IMG/VR virus record: IMGVR_UViG_2617270940_000006
Source of the DNA: a virus
Lineage: Duplodnaviria > Heunggongvirae > Uroviricota > Caudoviricetes
Length of the DNA: 56,409 nt
Reading direction: 5' to 3' (one strand)
Both the position numbers and the translations under genes were made by a program. The notes beneath the pieces are model-generated. The model saw only the letters and a program-made list of their open reading frames with translations, had not been told where the DNA came from and did not search any database. This document shows, in pieces, positions 19,710 to 30,400 of this stretch (position 1 is the stretch's first letter; each line of letters starts with the position of its first letter).

Positions 19710-20452
19710 GTATTTACTTACTTATCTAATATGTATAAGATCACTTTGTTTTCGTTGAGATGCGACTGTTTGAACGTTAAATATAACTGCAAACGAAGAT
19801 GCATACCTGGCAGTAGCCTAAGAAGCCAAACACCAGCGAGGTCAGTTTCCAGCCTCGTCACCAAAATGGGACACACTGAGCGAGTGTGATTGCAGAACGC
19901 AGAATAGGGCATATTGCACCATCCATGCCCTATTCAATGAAGTAACAGAATGGGCGGTTGGTTTCATCATTCCATTCACCCATCCCGGTTTCAGCTGACC
20001 GTCCATTCTGTTACGTCATTTCCATTACTTATGTCGTTTATACTTGGGTTAAAAGCGGCGACGTAACCCGGCTGACTTGGTTAGTCAGCACATAACGTTG
20101 AGATCACTGATTTTTCTTAAAATCATACAGGCGATTCCACATAGCTGTAGCGACTGATCAATATGTTGGGTTGAACATTAATCGGTTCAGTGATCTCAAC
20201 GTTGTGAAAGCAGGATTAATTAACCCTCTAGTGAAAACATTGTTGCCTTTATTGCCCCTGGCTTCACAACATGTATGATTCCATACATCCAATAAGATTG
20301 AAGAATCTAACGGCAATCAACCACCGAGAAAGATTCCAGATCTTCGCTCATATGAGCGAGCCACATACCTCGTCTGGCACTAACGTAAAGTGCAAGTTGC
20401 GGGAAAGTTTCTGGCTGCCTGGTTGTCCATAAGCTAGTACCGCCGCGAAAAT

Positions 20453-20524
20453 GATGGTGTAGCTCAGTGGTAGAGCGGTTGACTGTTAATCAACTGGTCG
20501 GTGGTTCGAGTCCACCCACCATCG
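20453..20524 (+). tRNA. tRNA-Asn (anticodon GTT)
   Basis: Hand-folded cloverleaf: 7-bp acceptor stem (GATGGTG/CACCATC), D-stem GCTC/GAGC, anticodon stem GTTGA/TCAAC with loop CTGTTAA, T-arm GGTGG-TTCGAGT-CCACC. Confidence 0.85.
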
Positions 20525-20681
20525 CCGACATAGCGCTGAACGGTTTGGATTCGCCACCACCGTCCGAACGAAAGACTCCGCAAATGTCGCCAGACCGTTC
20601 AGCGCTGTGATAGACACGGCAGACGTTTTTTTAACCATTGCTTCTAAGCATCGTAGCAACACTTTTTTCAGCGCAAAATCC

Positions 20682-20704
20682 AAAGGGGCTTCGGCCCCTT
20701 TTTG
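20682..20704 (+). terminator. Rho-independent terminator
   Basis: AAGGGGC-TTCG-GCCCCTT stem-loop followed by a T-run. Confidence 0.7.
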
Positions 20705-20781
20705 CTATCAAGTCGCATATGCAACCAACTTTTTTAGCTTATAGTTAAGTTCAGTAGTAGAATGCTACGCTTCGTCGAGAA

Positions 20782-21297
20782 ATGACGATTATGGAGTCTA
20801 TCGTGAAATTTAAAATCCAGCATTTGCAGGCAGCAGTGGCACTGGTTCTTGCCAGTATCCAGCCGCAACCCAAAGCGGTTGCGTGTCAGCCTACGATTGT
20901 AGAACGGGTTTATGAGATGGGCGCTAGAGTCAACAAAACCGACATCAGTGATCTTACAGCTGCTCTCAATGAATTGGCTAAAGAACTGCGTTCAAGCCGC
21001 GCTGAACTTGCTCGTTATGCTGACACTGACTTCTTTGCTGCTATCAAAGTAGCGGAAGAAATTAAGAATCAAACTATTCATGTAGCCGGTATCGCAGAAT
21101 CTTTTGTTTTGATGTTACCTGAAAAAGACGTCATCATGTCTTACGACAAAAACACTGTTGAGTTTGCGTTTTTTAAGGCTATTAAAATGGTCAGTATTGC
21201 GACCAAAAACTATCTCAATCTGATTGATCAGATTACACACACTTCTGTAGTGCGTGACTCTGGCGTCAACCTTTTAGCCATGAACCATTCTAGCTGA
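20782..21297 (+). CDS. Hypothetical protein
   Basis: 171-aa ORF; no recognisable motif. Confidence 0.45.
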   Translation: MTIMESIVKFKIQHLQAAVALVLASIQPQPKAVACQPTIVERVYEMGARVNKTDISDLTAALNELAKELRSSRAELARYADTDFFAAIKVAEEIKNQTIHVAGIAESFVLMLPEKDVIMSYDKNTVEFAFFKAIKMVSIATKNYLNLIDQITHTSVVRDSGVNLLAMNHSS

Positions 21298-21464
21298 ACT
21301 TTAGCGATCGTCATCTTCTTCATCATTCTTTTTCTTCTAACAAATCATTCTCATCAATCTGGCTCAGATGGCATTCCAAAGTTGGCGTTATTAGGCGCTT
21401 TTTACTATTTAGCGTTTAAGATGGTTTGTCTACATAATTTATTCAGAATTTACGTAAGCTATAT

Positions 21465-21499
21465 AAATGATTCCATACTTGTAAGGTATGGAATCATTT
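21465..21499. promoter_or_regulatory. Perfect 35-bp palindrome (14-7-14), candidate recombinase core site or operator
   Basis: AAATGATTCCATAC-TTGTAAG-GTATGGAATCATTT, about 100 bp upstream of the tyrosine recombinase gene. Confidence 0.45.
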
Positions 21500-21597
21500 T
21501 CAAAAACAGTCTATTTTACTGTTGATCATACAAAAACTGAGGCCTAACACACTGTTTATAAATACAGTAAAAACAGGCTTCACTCAGTGAGTGGACT

Positions 21598-22701
21598 ATG
21601 AAAAACACTTTTGATAAAGCACGCGCAGCAGAAAACACCTCTAGAGAAGCCATCGAGTATCTCGAACGCGCTTCCGGTTTGTCAGCAGTGTCGACCACCA
21701 ATTTCGACGGTGACATGTCGTTTTCTTCCGCATTCATGTTATTCACTCGCTTATCTTTGCTGATAACGAGACGTCGACCTGAAATAGCTGTTCATTGTAT
21801 TTTGATACATGTAATGCCGCATATCTGTGAAGTAAAAGTAAGTGACATTAGTAGGGTTTTAGTCAACCAGCTGGTGAACCCATTAATACTTGAGGGCAAG
21901 ATCGTCCAGGGCAGACGTGTGTTCTCGCTGATGAAGCAGTTTCTCAGTTGGTGTGCATTTCAGGGCTTAATTGATACATCCCCATTGAACGATATGTCGC
22001 TTAACAGAGTAGCCGGTGGCGCGAAGCCCACGCCGCGCGAGCGCAAACTGACCGACGCAGAGGTCTGGGTCTTTTGGAATGTATGGGACTACTTCAACGT
22101 ATGTGAGGGTACAAAGTGGGCGGCCAGATTATGCCTTGTAGCGGCCAGACGACCAGATGAAGTGCTCCGAGCTAAAAGATCAGAATTCAACCTCGAATAT
22201 AATTTATGGAATCAAGGAACGAGGAATAAATCGGCTCGCCAGCACTCGTTACCATTAAGCCCGCTAATGCGCAAATGTGTTGAGGAGCTGATCAAATACG
22301 GAAAAGGCAGCCAGTGGCTTGTTCCTTCAAACAAGAAACAGGGTGAGGATGTGCCAATGTCTAAGGTGGCCATATCACAGGCGTTGAGAAGGATTTTAGA
22401 ACGTCCAGAGTTGATGGAGCTTGAGCCATTTACCCCCCGAGATTTGCGTCGTACTGCGCGTAGTTACTTCCCCGCGTTAGGCATAAGTCAGGAGGTATCC
22501 CGCAAAATTATGAACCACAGTCTTGAGGGGATAGATCGAGTATACGATCGACACGATTATATAGACGAGATGCGAGACGCCTTAAACAGTTTTTCGGCGT
22601 ACATCGCATCAATCGTAGAGAAACAGGATTTAGAGGAGATAGATCATAAGTTCAAGGGAGATCGACTCGCTACTGAGCTAATCCGTGTAAATTTCTCATA
22701 G
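21598..22701 (+). CDS. Tyrosine site-specific recombinase
   Basis: C-terminal catalytic region with RD...LRRTARSYF and HSLEGIDRVYDRHDY, consistent with the R-H-R-Y signature. Confidence 0.8.
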   Translation: MKNTFDKARAAENTSREAIEYLERASGLSAVSTTNFDGDMSFSSAFMLFTRLSLLITRRRPEIAVHCILIHVMPHICEVKVSDISRVLVNQLVNPLILEGKIVQGRRVFSLMKQFLSWCAFQGLIDTSPLNDMSLNRVAGGAKPTPRERKLTDAEVWVFWNVWDYFNVCEGTKWAARLCLVAARRPDEVLRAKRSEFNLEYNLWNQGTRNKSARQHSLPLSPLMRKCVEELIKYGKGSQWLVPSNKKQGEDVPMSKVAISQALRRILERPELMELEPFTPRDLRRTARSYFPALGISQEVSRKIMNHSLEGIDRVYDRHDYIDEMRDALNSFSAYIASIVEKQDLEEIDHKFKGDRLATELIRVNFS

Positions 22702-23094
22702 CGACTTGATTGCCTCAACAACCCGCTCCGACGCACCACGTTGGTCACCGAAACGTCGACGGAAGGCTTCCAGAACTAGTTTTTCATCTTTAGTCAGAGG
22801 GGCTGTGCCTTCGTCGCGAAAAAACGCTAACAGCTCTGGATGACGCTCTTCCAGCACCATTAGCATCAATCGGACCGAATCGGCATCCAATGCTTTAGCC
22901 AACGCTCTGACCTTGTCGATCGGAAGCGGGATTTTGCCGCTCTTGATAAGTGAAAGATTGTTAGGGTTTTTATAGCCTGCTTCTTTCGCGATGGTCGCCT
23001 GGCTTTTCGGAGAAATCGCGATTAAAGCGTCAATGTAAGCAGCGTAGCGACCTACTTTAGCTTCTGTTGTTTCGTTGGTAGCCATAATTATCAA
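22696..23094 (-). CDS. HTH (XRE/Cro-CI-like) transcriptional regulator
   Basis: 132 aa; helix-turn-helix segment TIAKEAGYKNPNNLSLIKSG; convergent with the recombinase gene. Confidence 0.6.
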   Translation of the reverse strand: MIIMATNETTEAKVGRYAAYIDALIAISPKSQATIAKEAGYKNPNNLSLIKSGKIPLPIDKVRALAKALDADSVRLMLMVLEERHPELLAFFRDEGTAPLTKDEKLVLEAFRRRFGDQRGASERVVEAIKSL

Positions 23095-23665
23095 CCTGCG
23101 TGTTTTGATTTTATTTGGTAAGTGCTTACTGATATTACATCAAAGGTTAGTGTTGTAAAGACTTATCTATTTTTTTACGTAGGTTTACTGACCGCAAAAG
23201 GCTTCATTAATAGACAACTATCTAAAAAATAACTCATTTAAGAACTTAAAACTAAGTTGTGTTTGATATATAAGTATTCCGTATTGATACAATAGGTAGT
23301 AGTATTGCAAGGCATTTACGTGTTCAGTTGGATGATATGAAATGAAAAAAATAACTTCTAATTTGATCGCCCTTGAGGTCGGACATACGGTTTCAATTGA
23401 CGATGATGGGGCAGCAGCCATACTCACTGAACTGCCAACAAAGTCTTTGTTACTTGACATGAAAGACGCAACCGCATACATCTTTGAGCTAAAGGGCAAG
23501 TGCTTCACTCTCATCAATACCGGCTGCGGTTCAGTAGCCGTCCGCACAATTTAACCCCCCCTCCCATCCTCTCTAGCGCCTGTACGAACAGATTAGATGC
23601 CTGTTCGTACAGTGATAAATTACGCACATCAGAAAACAAATTGTTTTAACAACAAGGGAATTCTA

Positions 23666-25897
23666 ATGTCCAAAAAAACCACCAAAGCTGTACTGAAAGA
23701 GGTGCAGGATTTTCGCGACTGTGTAAAACGAGTTGTAGCGATGCTTTCAGGTAAACAGATACCTGTTGCAGAACGAGGCAATGAAGCATATGTCCGCTAT
23801 AACCGGCGCGGCGAACCAGTGCTGGTAAACATCCCATCTATACCGGACGACGCGTCGCCAACCCTCATGAACGCAGTGCGTGGTTTTCTCGACCATGAGG
23901 TGGCCCATATTCTCTTTACTGAACCGAAAGTCGCAATGCAGATGCACGAAAGAGGAAAGGCTCCGTCTACGGGGCTTTGGAATGCGCTGGAAGACGTTTT
24001 TATTGAACGCAGAATGGGGCAGGTCTTTAACGGAACCCGGCGTAATTTACTTGCAACACAGAGTCTGGTTATCGACAAATACTTCAGGAATAAAGTACCA
24101 GAAGCGGTTTTAGCCTGTCACGGAGACCAGCGTGAATTGTTTTTGAAATTCTTCCTTTGCCCGGTCGTCCGCGCCTGGGATGGACAAAGCCCCTTCATCG
24201 ATTTTATGGAAGAACACTGGCGCCTTATCGAGAGGCCGGTAGCCTTACTAAAGGAGCATGGTATAGACGTGGCCGTTCGCAATATGTCGAACACTGAGGA
24301 TTGCGTGAAGGTCGCTGCTGCTATAGCCCAAATCATGCAGGATATGAAAGACAAGCCAGAGGGCAAATTACCAGAACTTAAATCATCTGCCAGAAAGCCG
24401 TCGGAGAGCAAAGACGAGTCCGAGGAAACGCCAGAATCAGGTGACGAGCCGTCTCATGGTGACTCTGCATCTAAGCCTGCCAAAGGCGAAGGCGATGACA
24501 AGGAAGAACGAGAAGATGATGCATCAGAAGAGGAAGATTCTGGGGATTCCGATTTGCCTGATTCATTAGATAAGGACTTACCTACACACGTTAAAGATAT
24601 TAGTGATACAGAAAGTAAATATACAGAAGCAGGCCACGAAGAGTCAGGAGACACCCCAGAATCCGATGCTATCGGCATGAAATCAAGTGACTCTGACACC
24701 GATGATGATGGCGGTGAGGACTCCGATACTGATCGTGGGGAAACTGAAGAAGAAGACGTCGAAGGCAAAAAAAATAAAGATGGTGCGGAAGTGCCCAAAG
24801 ACAGTGAGTCTGGCTTTGTTCCTGCGCCGGATGAAATGACTCTGGAGGAGGCGCTAAAGGCGCTCGACGAGATGGAAGACGGAATCGGTGAAATGACCGA
24901 AGACGCACTGTCGGCCACCATCAGCAAAGAGCTTATGAGCGTCTCACCTTCTGATTATCGGCCATACGATCGATCATACGACTTTATCGGGTTGATTGAT
25001 GGAGCCGAAGAGCATGTGAAGCGCACCAGAAAGACGTTCGGTGCAATACCAATGCACTCACCAGTCGACCGCTACCGTATGGTGCCAGAAGGCAGAAAAC
25101 TCTTTGAACTGAAAATCGAAAAACATCTGTCTGCAGGCGTTTCTTCGACGCTGGCCAAAGACCTGGAGCGGGCCATCGCCAGCCGCAACCGAGTTCAGTT
25201 TATACCTGGTCAGAGGCGTGGGCGGATACATGGCGCAAGCCTGTATCGTCTGGCAATGAACGACGACCGAGTGTTCCGCAAGAAGGAAGACCATAGAGCG
25301 GTGAACGCGTGTGTCCAGCAGGTCATCGACTTGTCCGGCTCAATGGATGGCGTGAAGATTCAACTGGCCCTAGCCAGTGCCTATACCATTGCGGATGCTT
25401 TAGATCGTATCAATGTCCCCAACATCATCACCGGCTTTACCACGTTCGGTAGCCCAGATTATGAAACCAGGTCGAAGCGCGGGTTTACACGCTTCGAGGC
25501 GCTCATGCTGCCCATTATCAAAAACTGGAATGAGAAAGCAAACTCTCCAGAGATCCGTGCTCGCATGGGATGCGTATGTGAGACGTTCCCCCTGCTCAAT
25601 AACGTCGATGGTGAGAGTGTCGCGCAACTGGCTACCCTGTTTGCAGGGCGAATGGAGGACAAAAAGATCATGCTGGTTATGAGTGATGGGGAGCCATGTG
25701 CTACAGGTAGTGGATTCCATCAGCATTTACGAACCGTCACCAAAGAAATTGAGACCTTGAGCGACATCGAACTGATGGCTATCGGCATTCTGACCGACGA
25801 ACCACGGCGTTACTACAAAAATTACGCACTGGTTAACAGTGTTGAAGAGTTAGGGCCGTCAGTCGTCACTGAGTTATCTCGTATCATTCTTGGGTAA
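23666..25897 (+). CDS. VWA-domain protein (CobT-like) with long acidic linker
   Basis: MIDAS-type DxSxS motif (DLSGSMDG) in the C-terminal domain; about 180-aa D/E/S-rich low-complexity stretch; start placed at the ATG with the conserved context. Confidence 0.65.
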   Translation: MSKKTTKAVLKEVQDFRDCVKRVVAMLSGKQIPVAERGNEAYVRYNRRGEPVLVNIPSIPDDASPTLMNAVRGFLDHEVAHILFTEPKVAMQMHERGKAPSTGLWNALEDVFIERRMGQVFNGTRRNLLATQSLVIDKYFRNKVPEAVLACHGDQRELFLKFFLCPVVRAWDGQSPFIDFMEEHWRLIERPVALLKEHGIDVAVRNMSNTEDCVKVAAAIAQIMQDMKDKPEGKLPELKSSARKPSESKDESEETPESGDEPSHGDSASKPAKGEGDDKEEREDDASEEEDSGDSDLPDSLDKDLPTHVKDISDTESKYTEAGHEESGDTPESDAIGMKSSDSDTDDDGGEDSDTDRGETEEEDVEGKKNKDGAEVPKDSESGFVPAPDEMTLEEALKALDEMEDGIGEMTEDALSATISKELMSVSPSDYRPYDRSYDFIGLIDGAEEHVKRTRKTFGAIPMHSPVDRYRMVPEGRKLFELKIEKHLSAGVSSTLAKDLERAIASRNRVQFIPGQRRGRIHGASLYRLAMNDDRVFRKKEDHRAVNACVQQVIDLSGSMDGVKIQLALASAYTIADALDRINVPNIITGFTTFGSPDYETRSKRGFTRFEALMLPIIKNWNEKANSPEIRARMGCVCETFPLLNNVDGESVAQLATLFAGRMEDKKIMLVMSDGEPCATGSGFHQHLRTVTKEIETLSDIELMAIGILTDEPRRYYKNYALVNSVEELGPSVVTELSRIILG

Positions 25898-25992
25898 TAG
25901 TTTTACCCTTAAAAATAAGTAACTACTTACTATACAGCCTAATATATTTCTATAAGATATACCCCACAAACGACAAACAGTAAGGAAAAAAC

Positions 25993-27228
25993 ATGACCGC
26001 TACTGCACTACAGCAAGAAGAACATTTGCCGGAAGCCATCGTCTGCAAGTGGTGTGGCAAATCCTTTCATTACCTGAAATCCCATATCTCTATGGGCCGT
26101 TGCGAGAATATTCCTGAGTCTGCGAAGGGTCTGGACGTGGACGAAGTGGTGAAGATGTACACCTCTGCGTTTCCAGATGAACCAACGATCTCTCGCACGG
26201 CACTGGCCAAACTCAATGAGAAGCGTGCCGAAAAGCATTCAGGCGAAGGAAAAGTAGCGGAGATTAGCGCACATCCGGGCTACGCAGGAACGGTCGAATA
26301 CAAGACCGAACTGGTGGCCGCGCACGAGCTGCTTGGCGTAACGATCAAAGAGCTGGGAACGCCACGCGGAAAGCCACTACAGGTGACAGTCAACGTCAAC
26401 ACGCCATATCCGGAGTTCGTACCGGAAGCGAAGAAGAACTATGTGTATGGCGACTTCGACCTGATTAAAGACATCTTCATGATGCTGGAAATCGGAATCC
26501 CGGGTTATCTCTGGGGCCATGCAGGAACCGGTAAATCTTCTCTTCCTACGCAGCTATGTGCCCTGCTAAATCGACCACTGATCCGCGCCCAGCATACGGC
26601 GTCTATGGAGGAAGCGCACGTTACAGGCCAGATCCTCGCTCGCGATGGTTCCACCTATTTCGAACCGGGTTTACTAGCGCTGGCGATGAAAAATGGTTGG
26701 GTTTACCTCGCTGATGAATATGACTTCGCGTTCCCGCAGATTCTGGGTGTGTATCAGCCAGTTCTTGAAGGAGAGCCGCTGATCATCAAAGAGGCAACTG
26801 CGGACTGGCGCCGCATCACCCCGCATAAACGCTTTGCCTTCATTGGCACTGGCAACACTAACGGCTCTGGCGACGAAACAGGTCTCTATCAAGGCACAAA
26901 CATCCAGAACGCAGCGAACTTCTCGCGTTTTGGCATTGTTTCAAACGTGAAGTACATGAGTACGAAGGCAGAAGTCAACATGCTGGCTGAAGCAGGCGTC
27001 ATCCGCGAATACGCCGAGAAGATGGTGAAGTTCGCGAATCTTATCCGTGAAGGTTATGAAAAGCATCAGATTAGCCAGCCAATCGGGCCTCGTGAGCTGC
27101 TGCTGTCCGCCAAAATCGGAATGATGCGCGGTGATTTCTCTGCCGGCATCGAAAAGTCGTTTATCAATAAACTTCCATCCACGTCTGCACAGGCAGCGCG
27201 TGAAGTGGTTCAGAAGATCTTTGGTTAA
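25993..27228 (+). CDS. AAA+ ATPase (CobS/MoxR-like)
   Basis: Walker A GHAGTGKSS, Walker B VYLADEYDF; N-terminal Cys/His cluster. Confidence 0.7.
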   Translation: MTATALQQEEHLPEAIVCKWCGKSFHYLKSHISMGRCENIPESAKGLDVDEVVKMYTSAFPDEPTISRTALAKLNEKRAEKHSGEGKVAEISAHPGYAGTVEYKTELVAAHELLGVTIKELGTPRGKPLQVTVNVNTPYPEFVPEAKKNYVYGDFDLIKDIFMMLEIGIPGYLWGHAGTGKSSLPTQLCALLNRPLIRAQHTASMEEAHVTGQILARDGSTYFEPGLLALAMKNGWVYLADEYDFAFPQILGVYQPVLEGEPLIIKEATADWRRITPHKRFAFIGTGNTNGSGDETGLYQGTNIQNAANFSRFGIVSNVKYMSTKAEVNMLAEAGVIREYAEKMVKFANLIREGYEKHQISQPIGPRELLLSAKIGMMRGDFSAGIEKSFINKLPSTSAQAAREVVQKIFG

Positions 27229-27408
27229 TCGTGCGTAAAGGATGTTTCGGCTCTCTTATCGCAGCGTCTGAAACTGGCAGTGCTTGTTTGGCATGTCCGG
27301 ATAGACCCGAGTGCCACCAGTCAGCCAAAGAGGTTGCGATTTCGATGTATGGGAAGTTCGTTGGCTTCCCCAATGACAAAATCAAGAAAACCAGAAAGGT
27401 AAAAGCAC

Positions 27409-30400
27409 ATGAAGGCTCTGATGGTCAGAACTGACTTCTCCCTGGGAGAGTCAGCTCTAAAAGCAGAAAACGCGGTAAAAATCGCAAGAGACGCTGGCTA
27501 CACGGCTGTCATTTCCGCCGACAGCATGAATATTGCCAGTGTAATCCCTCTGCAACGTGCCGCTGGCGACGACATGTCGGTAATTTGTGGCGTTAAGCTG
27601 AATGTTGTCGACGATCCGACATACGAGCACCGCGCTCGCTTGGCGAAAGAGTCAGGAAGATGTATGGAATCATTAGTTCGTGATCGCAGCTACTGCTTCA
27701 CGGCACTGATAAAGAATGAACAAGGTTATCGCGACGTGTGCGAACTGATGACCTTAGCGAACAAGCGCGAGCAATTCTACTTTGTCCCGCGTCTGGCGCT
27801 TGAGCAGCTGACAGCCGCATATGCCAAAGGCAACATCATCCTGCTGACGTCCGACATTGGCAGTGTATTCCAGCGCCGGGACTTCGCAAAAATTATCGGG
27901 ACGCTGGTCACAGCTGGCGGTCGCGATAACTTCTACAGCGTGGTTTATCCGCACCCTACCCCATTCTACGACCAGATTAACGTCCGGGCGATGAAAGTGG
28001 CGAGCGCACTGAAAATAGAGCCAGTGGCGTTCTATCCCGCTTATTACGAAGCGATCGACGACGCTGACATTAAAGACATTGCGCACATGGTTACGAACAA
28101 CATCAAAATCGACCAGCCGCATCGTCTGCGCATCCCCCACCAGCGAGATAACGCTGTTAATGGTCGTCGCCATCTCCTTGAAGCGCTGAAAGCCTTCTCC
28201 GTTCGCATGGGCGTACCGGTAACAGCTGCAATGGCCTCAACAACGCAGGACACCATTATTGAAGCCTGCACATGGCGCTGGCATGAACTGCCACCAGCAC
28301 TGCCCAAGATGGCAGACGACGAGCCTGCAACGCTGATGAAGCTGGCTGTCGCGGGGCTACGCAAGCGTCTAACTACTAAAGAGTTTGGCTACACACCACC
28401 GGCTTCTGAGCACCGAGTGTATGTTGAGCGACTGAAGTACGAAATGGACACGCTGACCCGCCTGGGCTTCTGTGGCTACTTCCTGATGGTGCGCGACCTG
28501 ATGAATCACAGCCGTGAAACTGGCATTCCTGTCGGGCCAGGTCGTGGTTCCTCTGCCGGTTCTCTGGTGGCGTGGTGCATAGGCATAACCAACGTCGATC
28601 CTATCCGTCACGGTCTTCTGTTTGAGCGTTTCATCAACCCTGAACGTCTTGACTTACCGGATGCGGATCTGGACTTCAGCCAGGCACGTCGTCATGAGGT
28701 GATCGAGTATCTGAATGAACGCTATGGCGAAGATTACGTTGCCGGTATTCCAAACTTCACCTATCTGGGCGCCGCTTCTGCGCTGCGAGACACTGCGCGT
28801 ATTTACGGTGTCGACGCTGCGGATATGGCGGTATCCAAAGAGTTCAAGAATCTGGAAGACGATAGCCTATCTCTGGAAGAGCTGCGCGAACAACTGGCCA
28901 GCCTGGACAAATACACCACGAAAAACCCGGAAGCGTTCAAAGCGGCGTGTAAGCTACAAAGCCTGATGCGTGGTTTTGGCCGTCATGCAGCGGGGATGAT
29001 CGTCGCTGGCGTTCCACTGGTAGAGCGCACGCCCGTCGAGCTGCGTGGCAACGCTCGCTGTATTGCATTCGATAAACGTTACTGCGAGGCAATGGGGCTG
29101 ATTAAGCTGGACGTTCTCGGTCTGGCAACGCTCGATCTGCTGGATAGCGCGAAACGCTACATCAAAGAGAGTACCGGGGAAGACATCAATCTCGATGCTA
29201 TCCCACTGGACGATCGCAAAGTTCTGGATGGGTTCGCTGCAGGGTACACTCAGGGCGTATTCCAGCTGGAGTCCGGCCCCATGCGCAAGCTGCTTAAAGA
29301 TCTGGGCGGTGGCATTGAGCCAATGAGCTTCAAAACCGTTGTCGCCACGACCGCACTCTTCCGACCTGGCCCGATTCAATCAGGCATGTTGGACGACTAT
29401 GTCTCCGTGGCCAAAGGCTTCATGGCTCCACATTCAATTCATCCGCGTCTTGAGGAAGTCACCCGGGAGACTAATGGTGTTTTGCTCTATCAGGAACAAA
29501 TCATGCAAAGTTCCCGAGTACTTGCCGGGTTCTCTATGGCCGAAGCAGACGCTCTGCGTTCCGCTATCGGTAAAAAGAACATGGATAAGATGAAAGCGAT
29601 CGGCAGCGATTTTGTAGAACGAGCACAAGCAGGCTGGGTGACACTGTCACTCAAAAATGGAGGTACTGTAGAGGTTCACAAACACGCAAAACTGGATTGC
29701 TCAGACGGTAAGCGTAGAAGCTACAGCGAGGCTATTAGTGACGGCATAGACTACGTGGAGATCGTCTCTGAACAAGAAGGTCTCAGTAAGGAAAAAGCCC
29801 AAGAAATATGGGACGCCTTTGAGAAGTTCGGTGGATATGCCTTCAACAAATCACACAGCGTTGCTTATTCTTTAATCAGCTATCAGTCTATGTGGTTAAA
29901 GACACATTACCCTGCTGAGTTCTTCGCTGCTGCGCTCACCATTCTGGGCGAGGATAAGCACCAGGGCTTAGTTAAAGATGCGCTGACCTATGGCATTCGC
30001 GTATTGCCACCAGACGTTAACGTGTCATCTAACCGAATTGAGATCCGCACGCTGGAAGACGGCAGTCAGGTTCTGTATGCACCATTCTCTGCTGTGAAGG
30101 GCTGCTCTGAGAATGGTTGCCAGGCCATCATGAGAGCGCGTGAGAAAGTTGGCGGCAAATTCGAGTCACTTGAGCAATTTGAGGAAGCGGTCGAGAAGCG
30201 TGCATGTAACAGCCGGGTACGCGAATCACTGCAAAAAGTCGGTGCGTTCGCATCGATTGAGTCTGGCAGTCTGCCAGCGACAGATCCGGAACGGCTGCGC
30301 GACCAGGCAGAGTTGATGGGTAATCTGGTGATCGACGCTGTAAAAGCCTCTCGACCGTTCGAGATGACCCCTAAGCGCTCTGCTGAAGTAAATGTACTGA

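Noticed and set aside
20453-22701. tRNA gene plus a recombinase read as the attachment site of an integrated prophage
   Set aside because: The tRNA is complete with no duplicated 3' segment nearby, the recombinase is 1 kb away on the same strand, and the region sits inside a plasmid-type replicon. Integration cannot be excluded without flanking sequence.
23597-23665. Upstream extension of the VWA gene in the ORF track
   Set aside because: The extension contains the class B palindrome and a hairpin; the downstream ATG at 23666 has the conserved RBS context.
24454-24927. 157-aa serine-rich minus-strand ORF, with other antisense ORFs in 23646-24927
   Set aside because: They lie antisense to the acidic low-complexity region of the VWA gene, where open frames arise from the repetitive GA-rich codons.
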